IMG/VR virus record: IMGVR_UViG_3300028797_000005
Coordinates: 32,001 to 96,000 of that record
Direction: 5' to 3' (one strand)
Length of the DNA: 64,000 nucleotides
DNA from: a virus
Lineage: Duplodnaviria; Caudoviricetes
Shown: positions 1 through 8,120 of the stretch, piece by piece
How positions within the stretch are numbered: the stretch's first letter is position 1
Layout: the number at the start of each line of letters is the position of its first letter
Translations under genes and position numbers: made by a program
The notes under the pieces: model-generated
What the model was told of the DNA's origin: nothing
What the model saw: only the letters and a program-made list of their open reading frames with translations
The model's database searches: none

Positions 1-386
1 GGATTAACAGTTTTATCTTGATTATTAATTGTACTACCTACACTAACAGTTACACTATTAATTAATGTAGTATCATATGTATTATTACTAGTATAAGTTG
101 CTGAAGTCTGCGCGGTCAAAGCACCGCTATGGACTACTTTTCCTTCGTCGGCAGCTACATATGAATTAGGAACTGCCACAGCCGCACTAGCATATTGCGT
201 AACATTATAAGTACCATTAGCGGAGATATTAATGGTCCCGGTTGGTGTAATGCCGCCACCTCCGCTAATGGATAAAATCGCTGCTGCCATCTCTGATGGA
301 TAATAATCTTCAGATAGGCCAGTCTTTGTTCTAATGGCATCAGCAATATCTTCTAAGTATTGTTCAGTAATTGCTACTTTTGCCAT
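1..386 (-). CDS. Virion/tail-fibre-associated protein, 3' end runs off the window (not in ORF track)
   Basis: Manual translation from ATG at 386: MAKVAITEQYLEDIADAIRTKTGLSEDYYPSEMAAAILSISGGGG..., open to position 1. Starts 1 nt after the stop of 388..642. N-terminus is paralogous to 2524..3327. Confidence 0.8.
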   Translation of the reverse strand, partial: MAKVAITEQYLEDIADAIRTKTGLSEDYYPSEMAAAILSISGGGGITPTGTINISANGTYNVTQYASAAVAVPNSYVAADEGKVVHSGALTAQTSATYTSNNTYDTTLINSVTVSVGSTINNQDKTVN

Positions 387-387
387 T

Positions 388-642
388 TTAATACTCCGTT
401 ATATCAGCGTCGGCGAGTGTGCCGACATTTAAAATAACTTCTTTATCTGTAGCATCATATGTTGCTGTAATTGAGGCATATGAACTGATGACGCCATTTG
501 CATCAATCGAAATCCCATCGCCACCTGCCTTTACGCCACCCACATTAGATGCGGTGGCAATTCCATGAAGTGCATTGGCATCTTCTACTTCATATATAAC
601 ATTGTTATATTTAATTTTATCAAATACAGGGTTCGGCATCAT
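388..642 (-). CDS. Small tail-fibre adaptor-like protein
   Basis: 84 aa, RBS GAGGTG. N- and C-termini resemble 3327..3494 (YEVEDANA / ITATYDAT...ADITEY). Confidence 0.65.
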   Translation of the reverse strand: MMPNPVFDKIKYNNVIYEVEDANALHGIATASNVGGVKAGGDGISIDANGVISSYASITATYDATDKEVILNVGTLADADITEY

Positions 643-650
643 TCACCTCA

Positions 651-2513
651 TTAACTTAGACTATGTGTATGACCATTATCGGTTACATTATGAGTCTTAC
701 TTGTGACAACTGTAGTTGCATCTGTATCTTTAATAGGTACTGTTGTATCAGCATCTGCTCTAATCGGAACAGTAACATCAGTAAATGACCAAGTAGATGC
801 ACTACCAGCTGATGTAACATTTGGAATGAAGGTTGCATCATCAGCCCTGATAGGAACGGTAACATCAGAGAAGCTCCATGTTGAAGCACTACCAGCTGAT
901 GTAACATTTGGAATACTTGTAGCGTCATCTGCTCTAATTGGAACGGTAACATCAGAGAAGCTCCATGTTGAAGCTGAACCGGCAGAAGTTACATTCGGAA
1001 TACTTGTTGCACTATCAGCGCGAATTGGAACAGTAATGTCTGTAAAACTCCAAGTAGATGCGCTGCCCGCATCCGTTACATTAGGAATACTAGTTGCATC
1101 ATCTGCACGAATTGGAACAGTAACATCTGTAAAGCTCCAAGTAGGTGCTGTGCCATTTGAACCACTCGCTGCACTTGCGGTAGTAGTTGAACTTGTACCA
1201 GTCTTAACGCCTCTAACAGTTGTTGAACCACTAACACCAGTAACACTCGTTGTATTTTCTTGAACACCATAAATACTAATTGCAGTACCAAGAGTAGGTG
1301 CTGTATGAGTGTGAGTATCAGTACCATGAGTAGCTGGAGAAAAACTAATATTTAACTGCTTCGTATCAGTGCTATCCATGGTCATTGATAAACTGCCGCC
1401 TGTAAAAGCGCCTTGGGTAAAACTACCAGAACCTGCCGCTGTTACATTTGGAATACTAGTAGCATTAGTATTTCTAATAGGAACAGTTGTAGCACTTGAC
1501 GCGGCTGTCGGTACTGTTGTATCAGCATCCGCTCTAATTGGAACAGTTACGCTTGAAAAGCTCCAGGTAGAAGCTGTTCCATTAGAACCACTTGCTTTAC
1601 TTGCTGTAGTTGTACTATTAGTTCCAGACTTAACGCCATAAATGCTAATAGGAGTTCCTAATGTTGGAGCTGTTCCATTAGCTCCGCTTGCTTTTGAAGC
1701 AGTTGTTGTACTATTAGTGCCAGATTTTACTCCGTAAATACTAATTGGAGTACCTAAAGTTGGTGCTGTACCATTTGCACCGCTAGCCTTAGAAGCTGTG
1801 GTTGTACTATTCGTACCAGACTTAACTCCGTATATAGAAATCGGTGTTCCCAATGTTGGCGCAGTTCCATTTGCACCACTAGCTTTACTTGCAGTTGTAG
1901 TGCTATTTGTCCCAGACTTAACACCATATATAGAAATTGGAGTCCCAAGTGTAGGAGCAGTTCCATTGCCACCACTAGCCTTGCTGGCCGTAGTTGTGGA
2001 ATTTTCTCCAGTCTTGACTCCTCTAACTGAAGTAGTACTAGCTTGAACACCAGTAATTGATCCAGTACTATGGTCAGCTATTGAAATGCCAGTTGTATTA
2101 CTTGCCGCGGAAGTTGGAATACTTACCGCTGAGCCATAAGCTGAAATATGGCCATTCTTATCTATTTTAATTGGATAAACAGCTTGAGTAGTTTGTGCAC
2201 TAGTAAGAACATTACTATGTCCTACTGTAATTGTCCCGCTAGTTGTAATAGGACTTCCGCTAACTGTTAAGCCGCCATCTGTTGCATTACTAACTCCAAC
2301 ACTTGTAACTGTGCCGCTGCTGAATCCTGAAATTGCCGCCTGAACAAATGCAGTAGTAGCAATTTGTGTAGTGTCTGTACCACTAGCGGCCGTCGGTGCA
2401 GTTGGAGTACCAGTTAAAGCAGGTGAAGCAAGAGGCGCATATCCACTAGTATTGTCCACTATATCATAGGTTGTTCCTTCAACCGTTAATGATTGTATTT
2501 GCGGATTTGGCAT
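651..2513 (-). CDS. Thr/Ser-rich tail fibre with nested internal repeats
   Basis: APLASPALTGTPTAPT...TQIATTAFV is a common phage tail-fibre motif. Has 32-aa and 29-aa tandem repeats and HxH motifs (THTHT, NGHTH). Confidence 0.8.
   Translation of the reverse strand: MPNPQIQSLTVEGTTYDIVDNTSGYAPLASPALTGTPTAPTAASGTDTTQIATTAFVQAAISGFSSGTVTSVGVSNATDGGLTVSGSPITTSGTITVGHSNVLTSAQTTQAVYPIKIDKNGHISAYGSAVSIPTSAASNTTGISIADHSTGSITGVQASTTSVRGVKTGENSTTTASKASGGNGTAPTLGTPISIYGVKSGTNSTTTASKASGANGTAPTLGTPISIYGVKSGTNSTTTASKASGANGTAPTLGTPISIYGVKSGTNSTTTASKASGANGTAPTLGTPISIYGVKSGTNSTTTASKASGSNGTASTWSFSSVTVPIRADADTTVPTAASSATTVPIRNTNATSIPNVTAAGSGSFTQGAFTGGSLSMTMDSTDTKQLNISFSPATHGTDTHTHTAPTLGTAISIYGVQENTTSVTGVSGSTTVRGVKTGTSSTTTASAASGSNGTAPTWSFTDVTVPIRADDATSIPNVTDAGSASTWSFTDITVPIRADSATSIPNVTSAGSASTWSFSDVTVPIRADDATSIPNVTSAGSASTWSFSDVTVPIRADDATFIPNVTSAGSASTWSFTDVTVPIRADADTTVPIKDTDATTVVTSKTHNVTDNGHTHSLS
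760..1145 (-). repeat. ~4.5 tandem 87-bp coding repeats (ASTWSFSDVTVPIRADDATSIPNVTSAGS)
   Basis: Visible in the translation and in DNA (e.g. recurring ggaacggtaacatcagagaagctccatgttgaagc). Boundaries approximate. Confidence 0.9.
1590..2010 (-). repeat. ~4.5 tandem 96-bp coding repeats (APTLGTPISIYGVKSGTNSTTTASKASGANGT)
   Basis: Near-identical peptide units in the translation; the DNA units differ at many synonymous sites. Boundaries approximate. Confidence 0.9.
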
Positions 2514-2523
2514 TATTCACCTC

Positions 2524-3327
2524 CTATGTTGTTGGGAAAAATTCACTATCAATTAAATCAATTAAATCATCATATCTTTGACGCATACAAGATTGAGCAT
2601 CCATTCTATATAATTGCATTTTAATTGTCCAATATGTATTATCTATATCAATATCACCATATCTAGTAGTATCAAAGTATGACGTACTACATCTTGTATA
2701 TAAAATTGGCGTTTTAGGCGTAATGGTAGGACTGGCTGCGCTTGTACTTGAAAGCGCTGGAGTCGGAACGCCGCTATAAAAACCATAAGAAGATGACCAA
2801 GTATAAGTTAGTTTACTACTTGTATTATAATATTGCATCCAGGCTAATGCGGCAGCATTTGTGTAAACATTAGCGTCATCATCTTTAGCTTGAATATTAG
2901 CTAAGCTACTAGGGCGTCTCATAATCTGTTGATCAAATACATTTATTTGTAAAACAGGTAACGCTGTTAAAGTCGCTGTTTCTTTATGAGCTACATGAGA
3001 GGTTACAATCCAACGAATTAAATAAGAATATTGTGCTAAATCTGTTGCTGTAAAAGTTGTAATAGATGCTGATGATCTAAGTGATTTAGCTGTTGTTGAC
3101 GCTGTCCAAGAGCTATATGTCGAACTTGATAAGTTATATGTTAAACTATAATAATTATCATTTAAACAAGTAACATTACTACCCATCCAATCATACGCAC
3201 CGCCAGGAATTGCTGTAATCGCGGCCGCCATATCATTAGGCGCATATCCTATGGTGGTTCCGCTTTTTGATCTAATGGCATTAGCAATATTGGTCATATT
3301 GCTTCTACTAATTAATACCTCTGACAT
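2524..3327 (-). CDS. Virion/tail-fibre-associated protein (putative receptor-binding head)
   Basis: N-terminal NIANAIRSKSG...MAAAITAIPGG module shared with 1..386; Ser/Thr/Tyr-rich beta-type C-terminus. Confidence 0.6.
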   Translation of the reverse strand: MSEVLISRSNMTNIANAIRSKSGTTIGYAPNDMAAAITAIPGGAYDWMGSNVTCLNDNYYSLTYNLSSSTYSSWTASTTAKSLRSSASITTFTATDLAQYSYLIRWIVTSHVAHKETATLTALPVLQINVFDQQIMRRPSSLANIQAKDDDANVYTNAAALAWMQYYNTSSKLTYTWSSSYGFYSGVPTPALSSTSAASPTITPKTPILYTRCSTSYFDTTRYGDIDIDNTYWTIKMQLYRMDAQSCMRQRYDDLIDLIDSEFFPTT

Positions 3328-3494
3328 TAGAACTCCTCACTATCCGCATTTTCTGCGGTATCGAACACTAACTCTAAGTCTAGGGTAGCGGCTGTATAAG
3401 TGGCAGTTAATTGTTTAGCTCTTGCTGTAGCATCTTTTATATCATATATTGTACCACTTGGTAGTTGAATTTGCTCAATTGTACTATTTGGCAT
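3327..3494 (-). CDS. 55-aa adaptor-like protein (below ORF-track cutoff)
   Basis: MPNSTIEQIQLPSGTIYDIKDATARAKQLTATYTAATLDLELVFDTAENADSEEF*. RBS AAGGAG; TAATG overlap with the next gene. Confidence 0.8.
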   Translation of the reverse strand: MPNSTIEQIQLPSGTIYDIKDATARAKQLTATYTAATLDLELVFDTAENADSEEF

Positions 3495-3516
3495 AATTTT
3501 TCAACTCCTTATATGA

Positions 3517-3554
3517 GTTAAACTTATCCGGAGATAAATCCGGATAAGTTTAAC
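3517..3554. other. Perfect 16-bp inverted repeat (intergenic stem-loop)
   Basis: gttaaacttatccgga-gataaa-tccggataagtttaac; no U-tract on the coding strand. Confidence 0.85.
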
Positions 3555-3563
3555 GAAAATTTA

Positions 3564-5201
3564 TTAATCAGTATCTCCACCACGGAAAACAGATACATCA
3601 GTTGAATTATTAAGAACTGTCTTCTGATCTTTACTATTCCAACTAACAGTTGTTCCAGAGGCTGCCGCACTTGCTTTGGCCTGGGTAACACCACTAATGT
3701 ATTGAACTTCATTAACATCTGTCCATTGGCTACGGTCACTACTAGTAGATAATTGAACTGTTGGTTGAGTTACTGAAGAAATACCAGTGGCAACACTAAT
3801 AACTCCTGTGCCAGCTGTCGCGCCAGTTGCAAGGCCCACAGTAGGTTGAGTAATGGTGAAAGTGGAATCTGCGCCAATAACATTGGCCGTTGTCGGACTT
3901 GAATATCCAGTAACAGCACTAAAAGTATCACCAACACTAACATCAGTAACAATATCTGCTCCACTTCCTGTAGTGGTAGTTGAACCAGTTGCTACAGTCG
4001 TTGCAGAAGATGCTGCAGTTGGAACTGTAATTGTACCAGGAGCATCTGCAGAATATGTTGTTTGCGTATCAAGTGTTGCAGCGCCAATAGTAAGTACACC
4101 ATTCGTAACACTAACACCTTTAAGCCAATCGGTATTAGTAGAGCTTGCTGTACCAGTGCCATCAGCTGTTGTCTGGGAAGTTCTTGATTGTATTACACTT
4201 GGCGTAGTGCTACCACTAACACCAGTAACTGTAGTTGTTGCTAATTTTTTCGTTGTTGGTGTAACTGATTTAACAGCACTTTCAGTACTTGGAGTACCTA
4301 ATGCAGTAATAGCCGCTTTCTGATCTTTACTATTCCAAGCCGTGCTACCGCCACTTGCAGTTGCTTTAATATTAGTAGTGGTTGGAGTAACAGCTGTTCC
4401 ACTCGCCGATGCTGTGAAAAACAGTCCTGTACTACCAGTAAGGATATCAATATCACCTGTTGATCCAGTCGATAAAGTAACTGTTGGATTACTTGCAGTT
4501 AAAGTAGAATTTGCACCAATAACATTATCAGTATATTTAACTAATGATACGTCTGTCACAACAGCTCTTAAATCAATTAAAGTATCTCCGATTTTTTCCC
4601 ATTTTTTACTACCGTCTGCTCCTACCGGAACATATTCTTCATATACATCAATGTAAGAACTTGGTGTTTGAACAATAATTTTAGTAGAACCTGTCGTTGG
4701 AGTACCATCATATTCTATTCCATATGTAGTATATAAATTAACTGGCGTAGTAGTATCAGGCGATAAATACCATGATGTACCAATATACTTAAATTCATAT
4801 AAAGTGTTAACACTATAATTGGTAGCATTAGCAAAAGTTGCTGCATTAACTTGAAGATTAGTAATTGGACCATTAGTGTCTACAATTAATTGCGGTTGTG
4901 TTCCAGATTTAACCAAATAAAACGCGCCGGCTTGTGCATGAGCACCAGCGCCTGTGGTTTCAGCTGATAAAGTACCAGTATAACTAGTATCATTATAAAT
5001 AACTGTGACGCCAGCAGGAATTTGTGCAACTTGAGGAGTACTAGCACCATCCCAAGCAATTATAAAAGATACGCCTCCAGCAACCGTCTGACTTAACGCA
5101 TCCACTACGTCTCTAATTTCTCTGTCTGCAATATAGTAAGAATTACCAGAAGGCAAAGTTATTCTTTCAATAACAGGAGTATTTACATCTGAGTATGACA
5201 T
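3564..5201 (-). CDS. Thr/Ser-rich tail fibre protein
   Basis: 545 aa, low complexity. Shares VTGVSGSTT and VPTAASSATTV with 651..2513; internal repeat WNSKDQK x2. Confidence 0.7.
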   Translation of the reverse strand: MSYSDVNTPVIERITLPSGNSYYIADREIRDVVDALSQTVAGGVSFIIAWDGASTPQVAQIPAGVTVIYNDTSYTGTLSAETTGAGAHAQAGAFYLVKSGTQPQLIVDTNGPITNLQVNAATFANATNYSVNTLYEFKYIGTSWYLSPDTTTPVNLYTTYGIEYDGTPTTGSTKIIVQTPSSYIDVYEEYVPVGADGSKKWEKIGDTLIDLRAVVTDVSLVKYTDNVIGANSTLTASNPTVTLSTGSTGDIDILTGSTGLFFTASASGTAVTPTTTNIKATASGGSTAWNSKDQKAAITALGTPSTESAVKSVTPTTKKLATTTVTGVSGSTTPSVIQSRTSQTTADGTGTASSTNTDWLKGVSVTNGVLTIGAATLDTQTTYSADAPGTITVPTAASSATTVATGSTTTTGSGADIVTDVSVGDTFSAVTGYSSPTTANVIGADSTFTITQPTVGLATGATAGTGVISVATGISSVTQPTVQLSTSSDRSQWTDVNEVQYISGVTQAKASAAASGTTVSWNSKDQKTVLNNSTDVSVFRGGDTD

Positions 5202-5212
5202 GTTTCATCTCC

Positions 5213-5578
5213 CTAATTTCTATTAAAAATTAATGTCCCATCCACTACTTCTTGTGGATCGTAAACATTTAACTTATTATTCCAAAAAAGTCTATCAGCT
5301 TCACTTATGTGAAGATTTGGATTATTAATATGGTTCATTATAGTATCGCGTAATTCATCATCAATAAATGGTAAATCCTGCACATAAGTTCTGCCGTCCC
5401 CAATTTTAATTCCGGGAACAGTAACGATTTGAATGTAACCACCGACTTCTTTTTGATAAGTTTGATAATCATTATAGATAATTAATTCACCTTGTAATGG
5501 AATAAAACCTCTAGCATTATTCCATGCTTGTGTATTATCTCTCTTAAACTTGATTCTTGTATTTACTGTAGCACTCAT
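5213..5578 (-). CDS. Mtd_N/phage hyaluronidase N-terminal-like virion-anchoring protein
   Basis: RIKFKRDNTQAW..PLQGELIIY..KIGDG..DLPF pattern. Start moved to 5578 (RBS GAGGT). Confidence 0.7.
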   Translation of the reverse strand: MSATVNTRIKFKRDNTQAWNNARGFIPLQGELIIYNDYQTYQKEVGGYIQIVTVPGIKIGDGRTYVQDLPFIDDELRDTIMNHINNPNLHISEADRLFWNNKLNVYDPQEVVDGTLIFNRN

Positions 5579-5588
5579 ATCATACCTC

Positions 5589-6149
5589 TTAAATAACTGT
5601 GGTACTTGTGCCACATTCTAAAATTAAATCATCTAAAGAAAATTCATAATCATTGAGAACAAGACCATTACCAGCTGTATAATAATCATGCTGCAAAGCT
5701 GAAATATCATTCATAAATGGTAAATCAATCAATAAAGTCTGTCCATCACCAATTTTGAACCCAGGCTGACCATTAAGTGTATCTGTCGTATAATCAGTAT
5801 ACACATAAATATCACCCTGTTTACTAACTAAACTACTTTGAGCGTTCCAGCCAGCTGTGGTATCATACTTAACATTTGAACCTGCGCCATAAAGGATTGC
5901 CCGCGTAGTGCCGTTTTTGTCAGTTACTATAAATTCTACATAATTTTCATGTTGTACGACAACTGCCGTCGGGGAAGTTGCTATAGCAACCAAACCTTCC
6001 CAGTCACAAAGGATTTCTTTTTCATTATTATAAACTTTATATTCTATTGGTTTGTGTACATCAACCGGTAAACATAAAGCATTTCTTTCTTCTTCAATTT
6101 GCATTCTAATGCAAGGCTCTAAATCAGGAACTCTTGTTTTAATTACCAC
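5589..6149 (-). CDS. Second Mtd_N-like virion protein
   Basis: TTAGWN...GDIYVY...KIGDG..DLPF; C-terminal LILECGTSTTVI. Confidence 0.6.
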   Translation of the reverse strand: MVIKTRVPDLEPCIRMQIEEERNALCLPVDVHKPIEYKVYNNEKEILCDWEGLVAIATSPTAVVVQHENYVEFIVTDKNGTTRAILYGAGSNVKYDTTAGWNAQSSLVSKQGDIYVYTDYTTDTLNGQPGFKIGDGQTLLIDLPFMNDISALQHDYYTAGNGLVLNDYEFSLDDLILECGTSTTVI

Positions 6150-6159
6150 GATGCACCTC

Positions 6160-6486
6160 CTACTCTATTGGAGTAAGAATATCATTAGTAATTGTTTCAC
6201 CAATCTTATAGTTAGAAATACAAGTTTTCCAAGCGGTTCCATCAGCCATAAGGCCGTGGATTTGTACTCTCAATTTTTCCCTTACATTAAAATGAGATGT
6301 TTCTTCTTGAGTCAGCGTCACCATAATAGTGCCCATGTCAGGATTAATGACTACCGAACTATCAACAAAATACTTTTGAATTAGAAAGCTCCCTTGCTGT
6401 ATGTCTATACGGCAATTTGACAAACCAGTAGTATACTTTTGTCCAACCAAACATACGAAGGTCGGAGTAGTTTCAGGCATTATCAT
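6160..6486 (-). CDS. Hypothetical virion protein (BppU-N-like Ig fold possible)
   Basis: TTPTF...LTQEET...VQI pattern; first gene of the fibre operon; RBS GGAGG. Confidence 0.45.
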   Translation of the reverse strand: MIMPETTPTFVCLVGQKYTTGLSNCRIDIQQGSFLIQKYFVDSSVVINPDMGTIMVTLTQEETSHFNVREKLRVQIHGLMADGTAWKTCISNYKIGETITNDILTPIE

Positions 6487-6540
6487 AGATTGCCTCCTAT
6501 AACTATAACATCAAATCCTCTTTTTAATTTATTTCATACA

Positions 6541-6568
6541 TAAGTAAGATTTACGATAAACATTCATA
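6541..6568 (-). promoter_or_regulatory. Candidate late promoter TATGAA-N17-ACTTA
   Basis: Same spacing as the sites at 22318-22345 and 11413-11440; lies upstream of the fibre operon. Confidence 0.45.
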
Positions 6569-6573
6569 TAAAT

Positions 6574-6605
6574 AAAAAAACGGCAATTACTTGCCGTTTC
6601 TTTTC
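6574..6605. terminator. Intrinsic terminator
   Basis: aaacggcaa-ttac-ttgccgttt stem with A-tract (U-tract on minus strand) and T-rich flank. Confidence 0.75.
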
Positions 6606-6736
6606 TTAATTCGAACTTTCTTTTCTGGTTCGTCTTCTTCTTTCTTCGCTCCAAGAGTTTTCATCAATTGCCGGATATAATCTTCACTCCAGCGTTTTTC
6701 AATTCTCTCACTAGCGTTTCTATGACGTCTCGGCAT
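6587..6736 (-). CDS. 49-aa basic hypothetical protein with its own promoter
   Basis: MPRRHRNASERIEKRWSEDYIRQLMKTLG...; RBS AAGGAG; promoter at 6768-6796. Confidence 0.65.
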   Translation of the reverse strand: MPRRHRNASERIEKRWSEDYIRQLMKTLGAKKEEDEPEKKVRIKKRNGK

Positions 6737-6767
6737 TTATCAATTCTCCTTTCTCAATTCTATATAT

Positions 6768-6796
6768 AGTATACCATAATTTTCCAACAAAATCAA
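6768..6796 (-). promoter_or_regulatory. SigmaA-type promoter TTGATT-N17-TATACT
   Basis: Consensus spacing, extended -10 TG, AAAT upstream. Confidence 0.8.
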
Positions 6797-6945
6797 ATTT
6801 TGTTCTTAATCAGATATTTAATGATATCGTAAAGAGTCTTACAAATACCGTAGATTATCCTATCTTGCCAAATGTCTGTTCTATCACCAAGTTTAATCAT
6901 GGAGTTTTCACAAAATTCCATGTCTTTAAGAAGTTGTTCTTTCAT
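6793..6945 (-). CDS. 50-aa hypothetical protein
   Basis: MKEQLLKDMEFCENSMIKLGDRTDIWQDRIIYGICKTLYDIIKYLIKNKI*; RBS AAAGGA. Confidence 0.55.
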   Translation of the reverse strand: MKEQLLKDMEFCENSMIKLGDRTDIWQDRIIYGICKTLYDIIKYLIKNKI

Positions 6946-6957
6946 TAGGAGTCCTTT

Positions 6958-7260
6958 CTAAATGTTTAGTGCCGACGGCTGTCCGTCTGGAGAATCGGTA
7001 ATAAATGTTCGAGTTAATGTTTCTACCATATATTCTCCATGGTCTTCATAAACATCAGTTACATAAGCTGAGCTATAATCTCCAAAAAGTAAGAAAACGG
7101 GAATACCTTGAGTATAAATATCATGAATTTCTTCCCAAGTATCATCTAGAGTTAATATCTCATCATTTTCAGAAACATGAATTTTACAAGCATTTAAATC
7201 AGATGAAGGCTGAGATCCACCGCCAAGTGACTTGGCTAGGAGCACATCAAAATAATTCAT
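6958..7260 (-). CDS. Hypothetical phage protein
   Basis: RBS GGAGG; N-terminal FDVLLAKSLGGG. Confidence 0.6.
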   Translation of the reverse strand: MNYFDVLLAKSLGGGSQPSSDLNACKIHVSENDEILTLDDTWEEIHDIYTQGIPVFLLFGDYSSAYVTDVYEDHGEYMVETLTRTFITDSPDGQPSALNI

Positions 7261-7269
7261 GATTACCTC

Positions 7270-7455
7270 CTATTTAGGATTGTCGCCGTCGTCACCGCCG
7301 CCGCTACCAAACAACAGCCAATCTTCTCCATCAAAATAATAGAAATCACCAGTATCTAATTCAAGGAACATAGCATTAATAGGAACGAATTTATCAGTTG
7401 GCTTGGTATCTTCAGAAGTGCCAACATATTGCTTTACTTCACCAATAGTTACCAT
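7270..7455 (-). CDS. Small hypothetical phage protein
   Basis: GTSEDTKPT...FLELDTGDFYYFD motif; operon context. Confidence 0.6.
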   Translation of the reverse strand: MVTIGEVKQYVGTSEDTKPTDKFVPINAMFLELDTGDFYYFDGEDWLLFGSGGGDDGDNPK

Positions 7456-7461
7456 GTTACA

Positions 7462-8118
7462 TCACTCCACTAAATAAACATCAAGGTATTTAATACCCCA
7501 TTGATAACAAGCTGAAACATCACCTAAGTACATATCCATCCAGTTATCACCATGCCACGAAGCGCCACGGTCTTCTACAACATAATAGCCATAACCTTCA
7601 ATATAAACCTGAGTACCGAGCGGAAGACTATTACAAGCTACAGTATAGCCGCAGGTTGGATAATTTCCATTCGCGCATGGATTACCAGTCCACTCATAAG
7701 CTGTCATTTCAAAAGTCCCAAGATAAGTGAGATTAGATGCAGTTTCTTCAACTACTTCTTCCTCTACTGGTTCTTCTTCGACAACTTCAGGCTCTTCTTC
7801 AACTATTTCTGGTTCAGGCTCAGTTTCAACAACCGGCTCTTCGACAATTACTTCAGCAGCCTCAATTACAACTTCTTCCTCTTTAGTAGCTTCTTCTAAT
7901 TGCGCTTTAAGGTCTTCAACCTCAGCCTCTAGCTCTTCAATCTTCTTTTCATCATCAAGAGTTTGTTCCATGTAGTTATTACGCTCTACAGAAACATCAT
8001 TGAGTTCTTCTTCCAATGCTTTAATTCGCGCCATCTTTTGCTTACTAATAAGGCCAAGACAAATTACACAAAATACAAGTAATACAATAATTGTCTTTTC
8101 AAAATCTTTAATTTTCAT
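7462..8118 (-). CDS. Membrane-anchored 3D-domain (MltA-like) cell-wall enzyme
   Basis: N-terminal TM helix, coiled coil and Glu-rich linker, then TAY...VACNSLPLGT..YVVEDRG...MDMY (3D domain). Confidence 0.8.
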   Translation of the reverse strand: MKIKDFEKTIIVLLVFCVICLGLISKQKMARIKALEEELNDVSVERNNYMEQTLDDEKKIEELEAEVEDLKAQLEEATKEEEVVIEAAEVIVEEPVVETEPEPEIVEEEPEVVEEEPVEEEVVEETASNLTYLGTFEMTAYEWTGNPCANGNYPTCGYTVACNSLPLGTQVYIEGYGYYVVEDRGASWHGDNWMDMYLGDVSACYQWGIKYLDVYLVE

Positions 8119-8120
8119 AA

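Noticed and set aside
155-346. 63-aa ORF from the track
   Set aside because: Wrong frame; the real gene is 386 to <1, with a paralogous N-terminus.
683-4656. Many alternative-frame and antisense ORFs (e.g. 703..1263, 3853..4323)
   Set aside because: Shadow ORFs of Thr/Ser/Ala-rich repetitive genes.
5213-6149. Diversity-generating retroelement suggested by Mtd_N-like domains
   Set aside because: Only the anchoring domain is present; no RT and no TR/VR pair differing at adenines was seen.
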